Shown here in pieces: positions 11,319 to 23,516 of a stretch of DNA of 64,000 nucleotides. The stretch comes from Ruditapes philippinarum. Lineage: Eukaryota. The notes under the pieces are model-generated. The model did no database searches, was not told where the DNA came from, and saw nothing but the letters and a program-made list of their open reading frames with translations. Within the stretch, counting starts at the first letter, position 1. Every line of letters begins with the position of its first letter. Made by a program: the position numbers and the translations under genes. The stretch is taken from positions 248,001 to 312,000 of the forward strand of contig NW_026857357.1 of assembly GCF_026571515.1 (NCBI RefSeq). The letters run 5' to 3'.

Positions 11319-14300
11319 ATGCCACCTAAGTTTGCAAGAATACCGGATAGTTCAGACAGATATGGTGCAAGAGATATTGAAAGGGTATTTATCTATTGTT
11401 GTTTTTGAAAAAAATTATTTATAATTTAAATTGTTTTGTTTTTCTAGTTAATGTCTATGTTTAATAGACCAAGATCATGGAGTTGAATAGACTCCGAAAA
11501 ATAAACAACTGTCCGATCTATACCCACGATCCTTTGCGCTCTTGTATATCTGTGCCAAGATGTATTGGTTTACGGAATGCCAGATGGGCAGGGATCAAAA
11601 AATATTTTTTAGAGCCACTCTTCTTTCCGGACGAGTGGCTTGAAATTTCAAAACGTCCTATATGATAATAATAATCAATAAAGTTCCTGATGCAATAGAA
11701 CATTGCCGAAACAATCAAAAGTTAGAAATTTTTATTATCAGTTTGTTTACATAAATTTAACAAACCAAAACCTGAAATAAAGCTTGTGTTTTAGGTTATG
11801 TATAAATCACACACTTTATAGAGCTCTAAATATAGAGTGTAAAAAGCTCATCAGAAGTAATGTTTAATGTATCTGACTTATAATAAAGTTTATATGACAA
11901 AAGAGCATTGTCTGGCATGTTCCAGTTACACCAGTATCAAATTAACAATGCGTAAAGTGAGCAATTTATATAGAACCTAGAACACAAGCTTAGTTTCTGG
12001 TTTTCCATACAACTTGATTATGAGAATTCTAGCTTCCTATAACATTGGCTAATTTCCACTCATCATTTTGTACTCGTCCTTCATTATTCTCTTCATATAA
12101 ATACGAGTGGACAAGCAGACTTTCGATCCCTCATGAGTCCATACAACGTCTGATAGGTGATAGTTAAAACCAATAATTTGATTAGTTTGGTCCACTGGAC
12201 ATATGAGGTCTGGTAGGTGATAGTTAAAACCAATAATTTGATTAGTTTGTAAAAGTTGTTAGACTGAAGATTTGAACCCATGAATAACAATGAAAAAAGT
12301 CATTTTTCTAAGTTCTTTCTCAATTAGTATTTCATATATTATATTATAATTAACCTTCAGTTATCTTAAAAATTATCATGAATGGTGACTTTATGATGTG
12401 TTGTAATGTCTGAATATTCTTTATCATTCACATTATAATAATGATTATAATTTACATATGATGTAAACTATATACTGATTCTCTTTTGTTGTTTTCCATT
12501 TGCAGCAATCATTGCTGGATGCTGATTCTGATGAGGATGATTTCTTTCTAAAGTATGAATGTCATTTTGTTTTATACATTACTTTTTCTCAACATTTTAT
12601 TCCTCCCACTAACTTTTTAATGTGCTTCTACAAACTGATACTAAACCTGTATTTCACTCAGGAATTTATTCAATATATAATAGGGGCCTTTGCTTTATAA
12701 AGGCCATTTCACAATTCCAAATGCCAGCTTCGCAACTGAAAGAAACGCCACTTTTACATGATTGTTGCCGCAGTATTACAACATTATTTAAAAGTATATT
12801 TAGCAGTGTCACTTTAAATATCCTGAAATATTATATACAACAATGTATGTAATTAAAATGTACAGTAACACTGGATGAAATCACAGCATATCCCCCACAT
12901 TACATACTGGAAATATCTCAAGTATTGAAATATCTCTCAAGTTAATGTTTTGTTTTTATCAAATACCGTAAAGATAAAGTGGACTCTTATTTGGCTTTAT
13001 AAAGTTTCGCAAAGTCACAGTGTGTTGATAATAATGCTAAAACTCCACAAGAAAAATATGTATCCCTCTGCCTTTCACAATTCAAAAAGGCCCAGGCCAC
13101 TTCACATTTAAGAGCAAAAAAGCCCTGGTATATTATACATGTATGCTATTACTTGTAATTTTGTATTGATCATAATTCATTGCACGATATGCTCAGACTT
13201 GTTCATTATGTGGAAAAAATAATAAAAGCTCATTAAGTAAATTAGTTTCCAATTGAAATAAAATTTGACAATTTTGAAATTATAATTCCTATATATGTTG
13301 GTATATGTAGTATTTCATATTGTAAATTGAAACCTTATTTATCTTAAAATCTATTGTACACTAGTAAAATATAATTCTTGTGTGCCTTATGCTGAATAAT
13401 GATTTTCTCTTGCAGTGGTCCAAGAGTTAACACAAAGAGACTGAATGACCCTAAAATTGGCAGGTAAATATATGATGTTTATTTAATAACTTTTCTTGTT
13501 TGTGTAATGTTTATGTTGTGCATTTTTCTGAGGCCAGTTGGTTACTTCTATGGGCCGAGCTAGCCCAACCCAAATTCTACTAGCTGTGGGATGTTGGGCT
13601 TCTGCTAAAATTGCAGAATTTGTGAAAATATTTCACACTTTTCTATCTTTGGCAGATCTGTTTTAAATGGAAATATTTATCCAAAATCTTGTTAGAAAGA
13701 ATAGGAAAAATTAATATTATCTGTGATAAAATCAGTCAAATATACCCAGGTCTCTAAAGTGATGTTCTTTTGAATATGAAGCAGAATTGTTATACATGTA
13801 ATTGGGAATATTTATCCAAAATCTTGTAAGAAAGAATCTAGGGAATATTAATATAATTACTAAATTAGTGATAAAATGAGGCAAATAAACCCAGGGCTTT
13901 GAAGTGATGTTCTTTTGAAGATGAAACAATGAGTATGTTTTAAAACAATGATAATGGTTGTTTTGTATGATTGTATGATAGATTACGTGGTCAGGTTGAG
14001 GAAGTTGTAGACGTGATGAAAGATAATGTTACAAAGGTGATAGAGAGAGGTGACAGGCTTGAAGATCTTCAAGATAAATCAGGTATTTAAAGTTTACCTT
14101 TAATTTGGTAATGATTCAATGATTTTTGACAGAGTTTTGCCCCTTGAAGAAATTTTCAGTTTCTGACTATCTCCCCAACAGTTGTACACATTCAACTCAA
14201 ATTTAATATACCGTATAGATACATCATAGTTAAGTAATAAACAGATCAAGATTTAATTTGGTAATGATTCAATGATTTTTGACAGAGTTTTGCCCCTTGA

Positions 14301-17300
14301 AGAAATTTTCAGTTTCTGACTATCTCCCCAACAGTTGTACACATTCAACTCAAATTTAATATACCGTATAGATACATCATAGTTAAGTAATAAACAGATC
14401 AAGATTTAATTTGGTCATGGTTCAATGATTTTTGACAGAGTTATGCCCCTTGAAGAAATTTTCAGTTTCGTTCATTATCTCCCTAACAGTTGTACACATT
14501 CAAGTTAAATTAAAATTTTTGACAGAGTTATCCCTCTTGAACTTTGAAAAAAGGAGAAATTTTCAGGTTCTGTTTTATTTCCCCAAGAGTTGTACACATT
14601 CAAATCAAATTTAATACATGTACATATGTATATAGATACATCATAGTAATAAGCAGGTCAATATTTAATTTTGGTCATGGTTTGATGATGTTGGACAAAA
14701 ATGTCCCTCTTGAATGTTGGAAATTTTTTTGAAATTTTCAGTTTCCGCACTCTTACTTTTGAAGAAATGTTTATATAAAGTTGAAATTGCATGTGCAGGT
14801 ATTTAACCAGAAAATAAAAGTCAAGTTTGAATTTAATTTGGTCCAATGATTTTTGACAGAATTCTCTTTCTTGAACGTAGAAAAAAAAAGAAATTTTCAG
14901 TTTCTGCTCCAACTTTTGTAGGAATGTGTGTCCGAGGTTGATGTTTCATGTGCTGATATTTTACCAGAAAATACAAGTCAAGTTCTAATTTGGTCATGGT
15001 TGATAGATTTGTATAAGTAATTGTTTGAATTATAAACTTTTGTGTTTCAATTGTTTTTACAGATAGTCTAGCCAATAACTCGGACATGTTCAGAAATAGA
15101 GCTAAAGCCCTCCATAAAACCATGTGGTGGAAAAATTGTAAGGTAAAATGATATTAAATGCTCTTACACTTTCAGAAAAATAATTTAAACTGTACTGCTA
15201 TATGGTTAATACTTCAAAAGCTTGTAAAGACTATGAAATTTACGGATAGATTTAAAAGCAGGTAGGCATAGATTTTTATACAAACTTGTCTCCAAGTTTT
15301 ATCATTTTTCTCATTCAGAAGATTATTTTGTTAATTTTTGCTCCTTTTCATTTAAAAGCTTTTGATAGTTTTTGCTCATGTTCAAGAAGGAGCTTGTTTT
15401 GGGAAAAAACTGCATAGATGCATGGGCTGGACTGGCTAATAATAGCTTCAGACACAAACAGTATGACTAAAGTTCAGATATACATAAATTATGTGATAGT
15501 CAGTAACTTATATTCGCCTTCTAACTAGTTTGGATTTTCCCTTTATGGCTATTTTTAGCAAACCTTATAGGGAATTATTTTACATCATTCATGATGTCAG
15601 ATAAGTCATCAACTTTGCCTTAGAAAAAAAACTTTAAGGAGATATTACAAGCTTCTAAATGAGAAGGGTAAAAAATTTCAAGCTTCTTAATGAGAAGAAG
15701 GATATTGCTTTTAAATTAATCTGTTAATTACATAGTATTTAAAAGAATAAATTTTCTGTGAAACATTAGATTCTCTAAATGTTGGTACATGTATCTTAAT
15801 ATTGATTCTAGGATATCTAAAAAGCATGGTTGTTGCCATCTTTGTTTACATGTAATATCTTGAAAATGTAAAAATTGTGTACATGTTTCTGTTTCCCACA
15901 GTTAAAAATAGAAGCTGATCATCTTTCATGAACATGAAAGCAGTCACTGATTGGCTGACTGAAAGGTCACAAGTAGGTGATCTCCTGTTGGTCTCTGTCA
16001 GATCTACATGTAAACATAAGAAGATCTGAAGTTTAGGCAGATTGAGACACAAACTAAAATAAATATAGACTTTGTAGGACCTAATAATTGTCAATTCCAG
16101 CAGGAATACAAATTTGTTGTTCTAGAGATGATAAAAGCATTATTACACTGTTTTTGTCTGTTTTCAGATGAGATTGATAATGGCGTTTGTGATTATATTG
16201 ATCTTGTCCATTATTATCAGTAAGTATATCTATGTCTTATCGATGAAGTATATCTATGTCTTATCGATGTCTCTGACTTTCATTAGATTTTAAGTGCAAA
16301 TTTAATTAATACAGCATATGGAGAAAGCGCATTGACAGTTACTACATTTCGATTTAAGTTCCAAAGTTCTAATTACTCGTGGGTTAGTCTCAAGCCAAGC
16401 CAAGGATGGTGTCAATATTTTGGTGTCTTGGTGGTGGCACAAGTATTAACTATTCCTAATTTAACAAAGATTCTATTTTTAAGCATAATGTTCAGTCGTT
16501 TATATGTCACTTTTTGTGATACATCTTGTTAAATACTAGTTTAGTTAATGTGATATTATGTTGTGGACTATAAAGGTAAAAGTCAACTTAACATATTGCC
16601 AGATGACTCAGGAAAATTTCTATTAATATTGTTATATTGTTGTGTTAATGTTTAATTTATAAGCAGAGTAGGTTAACCTTTAGTAATTAGGTTAGTTTTT
16701 AGCTCAACTATTACATTTTTACTATAATATGGAGAACTATCCTTCCCACCAGAGTGCCTGAGTCATATTTATGACTGTAGGTTTGGTTTTTCATACCCAC
16801 CCCTCTTCAGTTCAGATTTCCTTTACCCTTTTAGATATTGTTAACCAGGTTTTCAATTTTGAAAATCCTGGTTATTAGATTGGGGTATGGCGGGCGGATG
16901 GGCGGATGGGCGGGCGGGCGTCAAATGAAATTGTGTCCGCTCTGTAACTCTTCAACCCTTTGAAGAATTTTGATGAAACTTCAGACAAATGTTTACCACA
17001 TCAAGATGACGTGCAGAACGCATGTTCCGCATGGCTGGCTCCAAGGTCAAGGTCACAGTGACATTAACATTGAAAATCCTGTCCGCTCTGTAACTCTTCA
17101 ACCCTTTGAAGAATTTTGATGAAACTTCAGACAAATGTTTACCACATCAAGATGACGTGCAGAACGCATGTTCCGCATGGCTGGCTCCAAGGTCAAGGTC
17201 ACAGTGACATTAACATTGAAAATCCTGTCCGCGGGCGTCAAATGAAATTGTGTCCGCTCTGTAACTCTTCAACCCTTTGAAGAATTTTGATGAAACTTCA

Positions 17301-18477
17301 GACAAATGTTTACCACATCAAGATGACGTGCAGAACGCATGTTCCGCATGGCTGGCTCCAAGGTCAAGGTCACAGTGACATTAACATTGAAAATCCTGTC
17401 CGCTCTGTAACTCTTCAACCCTTTGAAGAATTTTGATGAAACTTCAGACAAATGTTTACCACATCAAGATGACGTGCAGAACGCATGTTCCGCATGGCTG
17501 GCTCCAAGGTCAAGGTCACAGTGACATTAACATTGAAAATCCTGTCCGCTCTGTAACTCTTCAACCCTTTGAAGAATTTTGATGAAACTTCAGACAAATG
17601 TTTACCACATCAAGATGACGTGCAGAACGCATGTTCCGCATGGCTGGCTCCAAGGTCAAGGTCACAGTGACATTAACATTGAAAATCCTGTTTACATGAT
17701 TTTAACTTGATTTGGCAGTCAAAGGTCATATCATCTTTGGAGGTAATTTAAAAAAGATATGATATATTATTTCATGTCTACTTTGTAACTTGTTTTTCAT
17801 TATACAGAATTATCAATATAATTATAGTGAACAAATTCTTCTGTGCTGAACTCGTCCTACATTTCTCAACGGATTTTGTTCAAACTTTCACAGAAGCTTT
17901 GTCATCAAGCACCCTGGCACATATTGTCGGGGTTTTGTGATTGGATAGTTTTTGACCTAATTATGGCCCTTTGTTTTTTTCCTTATACATAATATTATAG
18001 TGAACACTTCTTCAGTGGCAATTCCTCCTACATTATTCATGTTTTACATTGCACATAGTTACATTGTTTGTTGCTTGTATTTGTATTTCAAATACAACAT
18101 ATTTATCTACAATGGTGATAATTGAAAACCTGGTTTCATGGCATTGCCATGTTTCTTGTTTTGGAATTTTAAATATTTGTTAGTAACCATCATCCCCATT
18201 TTTCAGGCAAGTATCTATACCTATAATAGTCAAGTTGACTGTCTTGTGGCCAGCTCTTGTTATATTTTATCCTTAACATTTGTCATTTTCAGTCTTCGGT
18301 TAATCTACATTATTATAGTCAATCTTTTTAAATTTAGCTGACTTAAACAGTGAAAAAAATGAGAATAATAACACTTTAAATTGAAATTTGTTTATTTCAC
18401 TTCTAATATATATTTTCTCTGTTTGTATTTCAGTTCCAATCATTGTGAGTCAAGTAAACAAAAACAAGGGAGGATAA
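11319..18477 (+). CDS. VAMP4: Vesicle-associated membrane protein 4 (R-SNARE)
   Basis: Exons 11319-11384, 12506-12552, 13416-13463, 13982-14082, 15063-15142, 16168-16219, 18434-18477 splice in frame to MPPKFARIPDSSDRYGARDIERQSLLDADSDEDDFFLNGPRVNTKRLNDPKIGRLRGQVEEVVDVMKDNVTKVIERGDRLEDLQDKSDSLANNSDMFRNRAKALHKTMWWKNCKMRLIMAFVIILILSIIIIPIIVSQVNKNKGG*. It has the VAMP4-type MPPKF start, dileucine plus acidic cluster, R-SNARE motif, WW and TM anchor. Confidence 0.95.
14100..15005 (+). repeat. ~153-bp tandem repeat (HINE/satellite-type core) in VAMP4 intron 4
   Basis: 14101-14253 is repeated essentially identically from 14254, followed by progressively diverged units sharing TAATTTGGTCATGG..GATTTTTGACAGAGTTATGCCCCTTGAA. 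Confidence 0.8.
16843..18160 (+). mobile_element. Non-autonomous Helentron-type element (HINE) with identical 146-bp tandem units, VAMP4 intron 6
   Basis: 5' subTIR AACCAGGTTTTCAAT with local inverted repeat, GGGC/GGAT microsatellite (16889-16920), about 5 identical 146-bp units (16933-17690), 3' subTIR ATTGAAAACCTGGTT (18121-18135), hairpin CATGGCATTGCCATG and end CTTGTT. Confidence 0.85.
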
Positions 18478-19217
18478 CTCTGTCCAGATTTTTGTATGGA
18501 ATTTGTTTGACATGTACATAATATCTTCGGGGTCATAGAGCACATACAGGGATCTTATTCTAGTGATGAATACCGTAGTTATTATAAGTCTTCAAGTTTA
18601 TAATTTACCAAAGAAAAACAGGGATTTAAAACAAGATGTATAATATTGGGGTTGTTTAATTTATATATGTAAAATTTTTGTCTTTCTGACTGGTTCCGAT
18701 TAAGGTAAATTAAGCAACATGACAATGCTATAAAATCAGGTAACCAGTCAAAACTGCAAAATCTGATTGGCTGAATATTGATTCAAAATTTGAATAGACC
18801 AATGAACAAGCAGTGTTTAATGACTGGTACTCAAATGTTAGGGTTATAATGAAACTCACAAACAACATTCCAATATGATGTAAATATTACAGTAAAATAA
18901 TTCCATGAGGTATACGGGCATCTTTTTTCCTTTTTTTTCCTGTTTAAGTCACTTACACTGTTTGAGACATTTCCTGTATTACTGCAAGTTTTTTACATAG
19001 GTAATATAAAATTAAAAATAGTGGACAGGACAGAATTTTTTTAAACTTTGAATGATTAAAGAGAATCGTAATTGAAACAAATTTATAATAAATTTGAATT
19101 TGACATCTTATTTTTTGAGTTACCTGCCCCTAAAAATGAGATTTTTTACTTTTAGAGCTCATTTTCATCCTGAAGTTTGAAAAGATTCTCTTATCTAATT
19201 CCTGTGGTATTAGATAA

Positions 19218-19445
19218 TTAACTATAAGCTTGCTGTCGTCAATTTTATTTACCCGTGCAAACAGTGCAGACAAAGATCAGCCGGCATGCCCTAGCTGTTC
19301 GATGATGGTCTGCATTGTTTGCTATTTAGCCATACATATTTTCCCCGACATATTTTTCAAATTTTCCCTAAAAAATGATAATTGGTTTAGTCCATATTGA
19401 GAGATGGAAAAGTGCATTAAAGATATTTAACTTACTAATTGCTAA
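19218..19445. mobile_element. Degenerate ~220-bp MITE (TTAA-flanked family)
   Basis: Shares core CAGTGCAGACxAAGATCAGCCGGCA...ATGGTCTGCA..TGTT with the copies at 21030 and 53751. Confidence 0.55.
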
Positions 19446-19651
19446 TCACAGGAATAAACCTGAACCTTTTAAATGCTATGGACAATAATAACTTTACCTA
19501 TTCCACCTGTATAAACTCATATTATCCTGCACTTTTAACAGTCTGACAAGAACTACAAACTAAAACCTCTATAGAGCAACCACCCTTTTGAAGACAAATA
19601 TGTTGGTTGTTACTGAGAGGCTTTTGCTCCACAAAGGTTAAATTTATTGTG

Positions 19652-20907
19652 AAGTCTTACTTTGGGAAGAAAAAATCTTACTTTAGGAAGAAAAAGTCTT
19701 ACTTTAGGAAGAAAGACTTACTTTGGGAAGAAAAAATCTTACTTTAGGAAGAAAAAGTCTTACTTTAGGAAGAAAAAGACTTACTTTGGGAAGAAAAAGT
19801 CTTACTTTGGGAAGAAAAAGTCTTACTTTGGGAAGAAAAAGTCTTACTTTAGGAAGAAAAAGTCTTACTTTAGGAAGAAAAAATCTTACTTTAGGAAGAA
19901 AAAGTCTTACTTTGGGAAGAAAAAGTCTTACTTTGGGAAGAAAAAGTCTTACTTTGGGAAGAAAAAGTCTTACTTTGGGAAGAAAAAATCTTACTTTGGG
20001 AAGAAAAAGTCTTACTTTAGGAAGAAAAAATCTTACTTTAGGAAGAAAAAATCTTACTTTGGGAAGAAAAAATCTTACTTTAGGAAGAAAAAGTCTTACT
20101 TTAGGAAGAAAAAGTCTTACTTTAGGAAGAAAAAATCTTACTTTAGGAAGAATAAGTCTTACTTTAGGAAGAAAAATCTTACTTTGGAAGAAAAAATCTT
20201 ACTTTAGGAAGAAAAAGTCTTACTTTGGGAAGAAAAAGTCTTACTTTGGGAAGAAAAAGTCTTACTTTGGGAAGAAAAAGTCTTACTTTGGAAAGAAAAA
20301 GTGTTACTTTGGGAAGAGAAAGTCTTACTTTGGGAAGAAAAAGTCTTACTTTGGGAAGAGAAAGTCTTACTTTTGGAAGAGAAAGTCTTACTTTGGGAAG
20401 AAAAAGTCTTACTTTAGGAAGAAAAAGTCTTACTTTAGGAAGAAAAAGTCTTACTTTAGGAAGAAAAAATCTTACTTTAAGAAGAAAAAGTCTTACTTTA
20501 GGAAGAAAAAGTCTTACTTTAGGAAGAAAAAGTCTTACTTTAGGAAGAATAAAATCTTACTTTGGGAAGAAAAAGTCTTACTTTAGGAAGAAAAAGTCTT
20601 AGTTTGCGAAGAAAAAATCTTACTTTAGGAAGAAAAAGTCTTACTTTAGGAAGAAAAAGTCTTACTTTGGGAAGAAAAAATCTTACTTTAGGAAGAGAAA
20701 ATCTTACTTTAGGAAGAAAAAATCTTACTTAAGGAAGAAAAAGTCTTACTTGAGGAAGAAAAAATCTTACTTTGGGAAGAAAAAGTCTTACTTTAGGAAG
20801 AAAAAGTCTTACTTTGGGAAGAAAAAGTCTTACTTTGGGAAGAAAAAGTCTTACTTTGGCAAGAAAAAATTTTACTTTGGCAAGAAAAAGTCTTACTTAG
20901 GGAAGAA
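19652..20907. repeat. 21-bp minisatellite (AAGTCTTACTTTRGGAAGAAA)n, ~60 copies
   Basis: Directly visible homogeneous tandem array downstream of the VAMP4 stop codon; it produces the spurious LTLGRKS and SYFRKKK ORFs. Confidence 0.97.
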
Positions 20908-21029
20908 ATGATACTGTTTTTCTTAAGAGGCTATTGTTATTCATATCATTAATTGAACGCAGAAAATTTGCAGATTTACTATCTATAGTATACTTTTCCT
21001 GATATTAATCTTTCATTTTTACAATATTT

Positions 21030-21248
21030 TCCCTTCCCGTTAGCCTGCTGGCATCTTCAGAATCTGCCCAGGCAAGCAGTGCAGACCAAGATCAGCCGGC
21101 ACTTCTATGCCAACTGATCATGGCCTGCACTGTTCTCTATATGGTCAATACATATTTTGAAATTTTGCTTAATATAAATGAATGGTTTTGTCCAGATTAA
21201 AAAGTTGACAAGTTGGTTGTAAGATATTTTTAGCCAGGTACGAGTTAA
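21030..21248. mobile_element. Degenerate ~220-bp MITE (TTAA-flanked family)
   Basis: TAGCCTGCTGG...CAGTGCAGACCAAGATCAGCCGGCAC...TAGCCAGGTACGAGTTAA; homologous to 19218-19445 and 53751-53975. Confidence 0.6.
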
Positions 21249-23516
21249 TGTGTAAATGAAAATTTTTGCTATTTGTCTATATTATGCTCTGTATTGTATT
21301 AAAGGTTGTGACACAATTTATTAGTTATTTAATGTATATATGGATAACTGTGATACATATATAGAATTTTACTGGAGTATGCTGTTCTGATTAATTATAT
21401 TGTTCTAGTGTATTGTGTAAAATTTATTAATGAAGCTAATACGCAGGGCGAGTGTAAATATAACCTTGTGTAACCAGCTAGAGCTACACGATCTACCAGA
21501 ATAACATACTCGTGTAACTTTCCTTGTGTTATATACCCTCCAATTAAATAAAAATATGGAGAAAAAAGATTATTTTTCCTTATGAATAAGCATATGAATG
21601 TAATTCAATAGACATATATGATATACTGTCATGTAATAACATAAAAGTGTGAATGTTAGAAAAAATTAACATTAGGTATGTTCACTTTAAATGGAATTTT
21701 TGTTTGCTTCAAACTAGGGTGCAGGGAAACATGTATATATATTTTTATGAATTTATTTATTTTTTGCTAGTTTAAGATTTTATATTGTTTTTCTCCCCAC
21801 CATTATAATAGCAAATTGTTTTTTTCCTTTATCAGAATTAAAAGTAGTAGGTTTTTGGACCTTTCTTCTGCATACATACATATGTGGAAAAATTTCAAGA
21901 AACATTTATTCTTGTATGTATTAACTTGACTTTAATAAAAAAATAAATAAAATAAAAAAGGGCTTGCCATTTAGTTTAGCTCTGGGATCAGCATTGCAGT
22001 AAAACTTTTACCTGCAAGATTCATCTCCACAACCTCTGAATTTTTCTCTTTAAAGTTCATTTTTGTCTTTGAAGAGTGTAAAGATATATCTAATAAAATA
22101 AAATTGAGCATTTTGTTAAAACTTTATATATGTCTTCAGGGAAGTTATTGTAAGGCATAGACCTAACCTGTATTTCAGGCATAGATTTGACTGAGTTATT
22201 TCCCCTTGTGAAAGTTACTGCCCTTGTTTTACTGTCAAGCTCCTCTCTGTGTGCACCTTGTCTGTTTTGTACCTCTTAAGAAATTATTTAAGACTAGGAA
22301 TAAATTCTTAAAAATAACTACAAAAAAACTCTTCAAGAAGTGTTGAATACTTCAACTGAAGAAAAATAATTTATGCATTCATATATTATTATATGTATGA
22401 ATATATTATTTTTTGTTCTTTCCCTGCCTTTGTTTAATTACAGACATTTTTACTTAAATTATTCCATGACATTTAGCCATTGTATTTGATTTGTATAATT
22501 ATATCTTGTTGGTATACTTAGTTGTATGAATAAATTTAGAGTGTTAAGATTAAAAATAAATGCTGGATACAGTAATATGTAAGAAAATTTCAGAAAATAA
22601 ATGGCATTGTAACTGTAAACAGTGATTTACATTGCATTTTGCTTGAGTAATCATGCACTTATAGTAATATTTCATGAAATTATCAAAAAAAAAAAGGAAT
22701 AATTTGTACTACGGTTTAAAACCATGGAATAAAACTGTAATTTGAAACCATGTAAAATTGCCAGGATCTGAAATCTTGAAATTACCATGGTTTAAAATCA
22801 TTTTCATTTTCATGTGATTTGAAACCTTATGAAAAAACCATATGAAATCACACTCTTTTGAAACCATGTAATATCTATGACAAAGTGCATTAGATATAAT
22901 ATTTAGGAATAAATATTTTTGTGTAAATATCTTGGAAAATGCAATTGAAAAGACAGTGCTTACTTTACGCATTACATCTCCCTGTCAGTTTATAAGAAAA
23001 GTTGATAACTGATTTTGCTTTTATATTCTGTTATGTTATTAACTTATGTACACTATTTGTGCAATATATTTGTCGTTTGCAACTTACGTAATCTAAATTT
23101 GCTGGTTTTCAGTGAATATTGAAGTTCTGGTCCCGAACGCTGAAGACTTTCAAATTTTGTTGTTGTTATTGTTGTTAGGTTTTTGACTGAAATACGAACA
23201 TTTTTCTATATTTACTAACATTGTCATCTTCCATTTTGAGAAAGATAAATTTTCATTTATTTGATATCAATTAATTTATAGACGCTCATTAATTATGCTT
23301 ATTGATTTAATTAATATATTCATTTATTTATGTTTATGAAGTGATAAAAGCAATGTAAGCTGTATGTTATAACTACATAGGTAACTTGTGTATGTCACAA
23401 AGAAAAATCATTGTTTCATTATTTGGCATAAAGTAAAACGCTACATATTTCTGATAGTTTTGTTGTTATATTTTGGTTGGGAAGAATAAATTAAAAGCAA
23501 AACTAGAAAACCTGTT

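Noticed and set aside
10965-16270. Short local duplications (29 bp at ~10965, 60-bp period at ~12150, ~135 bp at ~13670, ~24 bp at ~16222)
   Set aside because: Ordinary two-copy slippage duplications in non-coding DNA with no further structure.
16952-17597. Three identical 60-aa ORFs
   Set aside because: Products of identical 146-bp tandem units within a non-autonomous element.
19662-20602. Long Lys/Arg-rich ORFs (181, 287, 125 aa)
   Set aside because: Translations of a 21-bp minisatellite with TTG starts and frame-switching indels, and no exon context.
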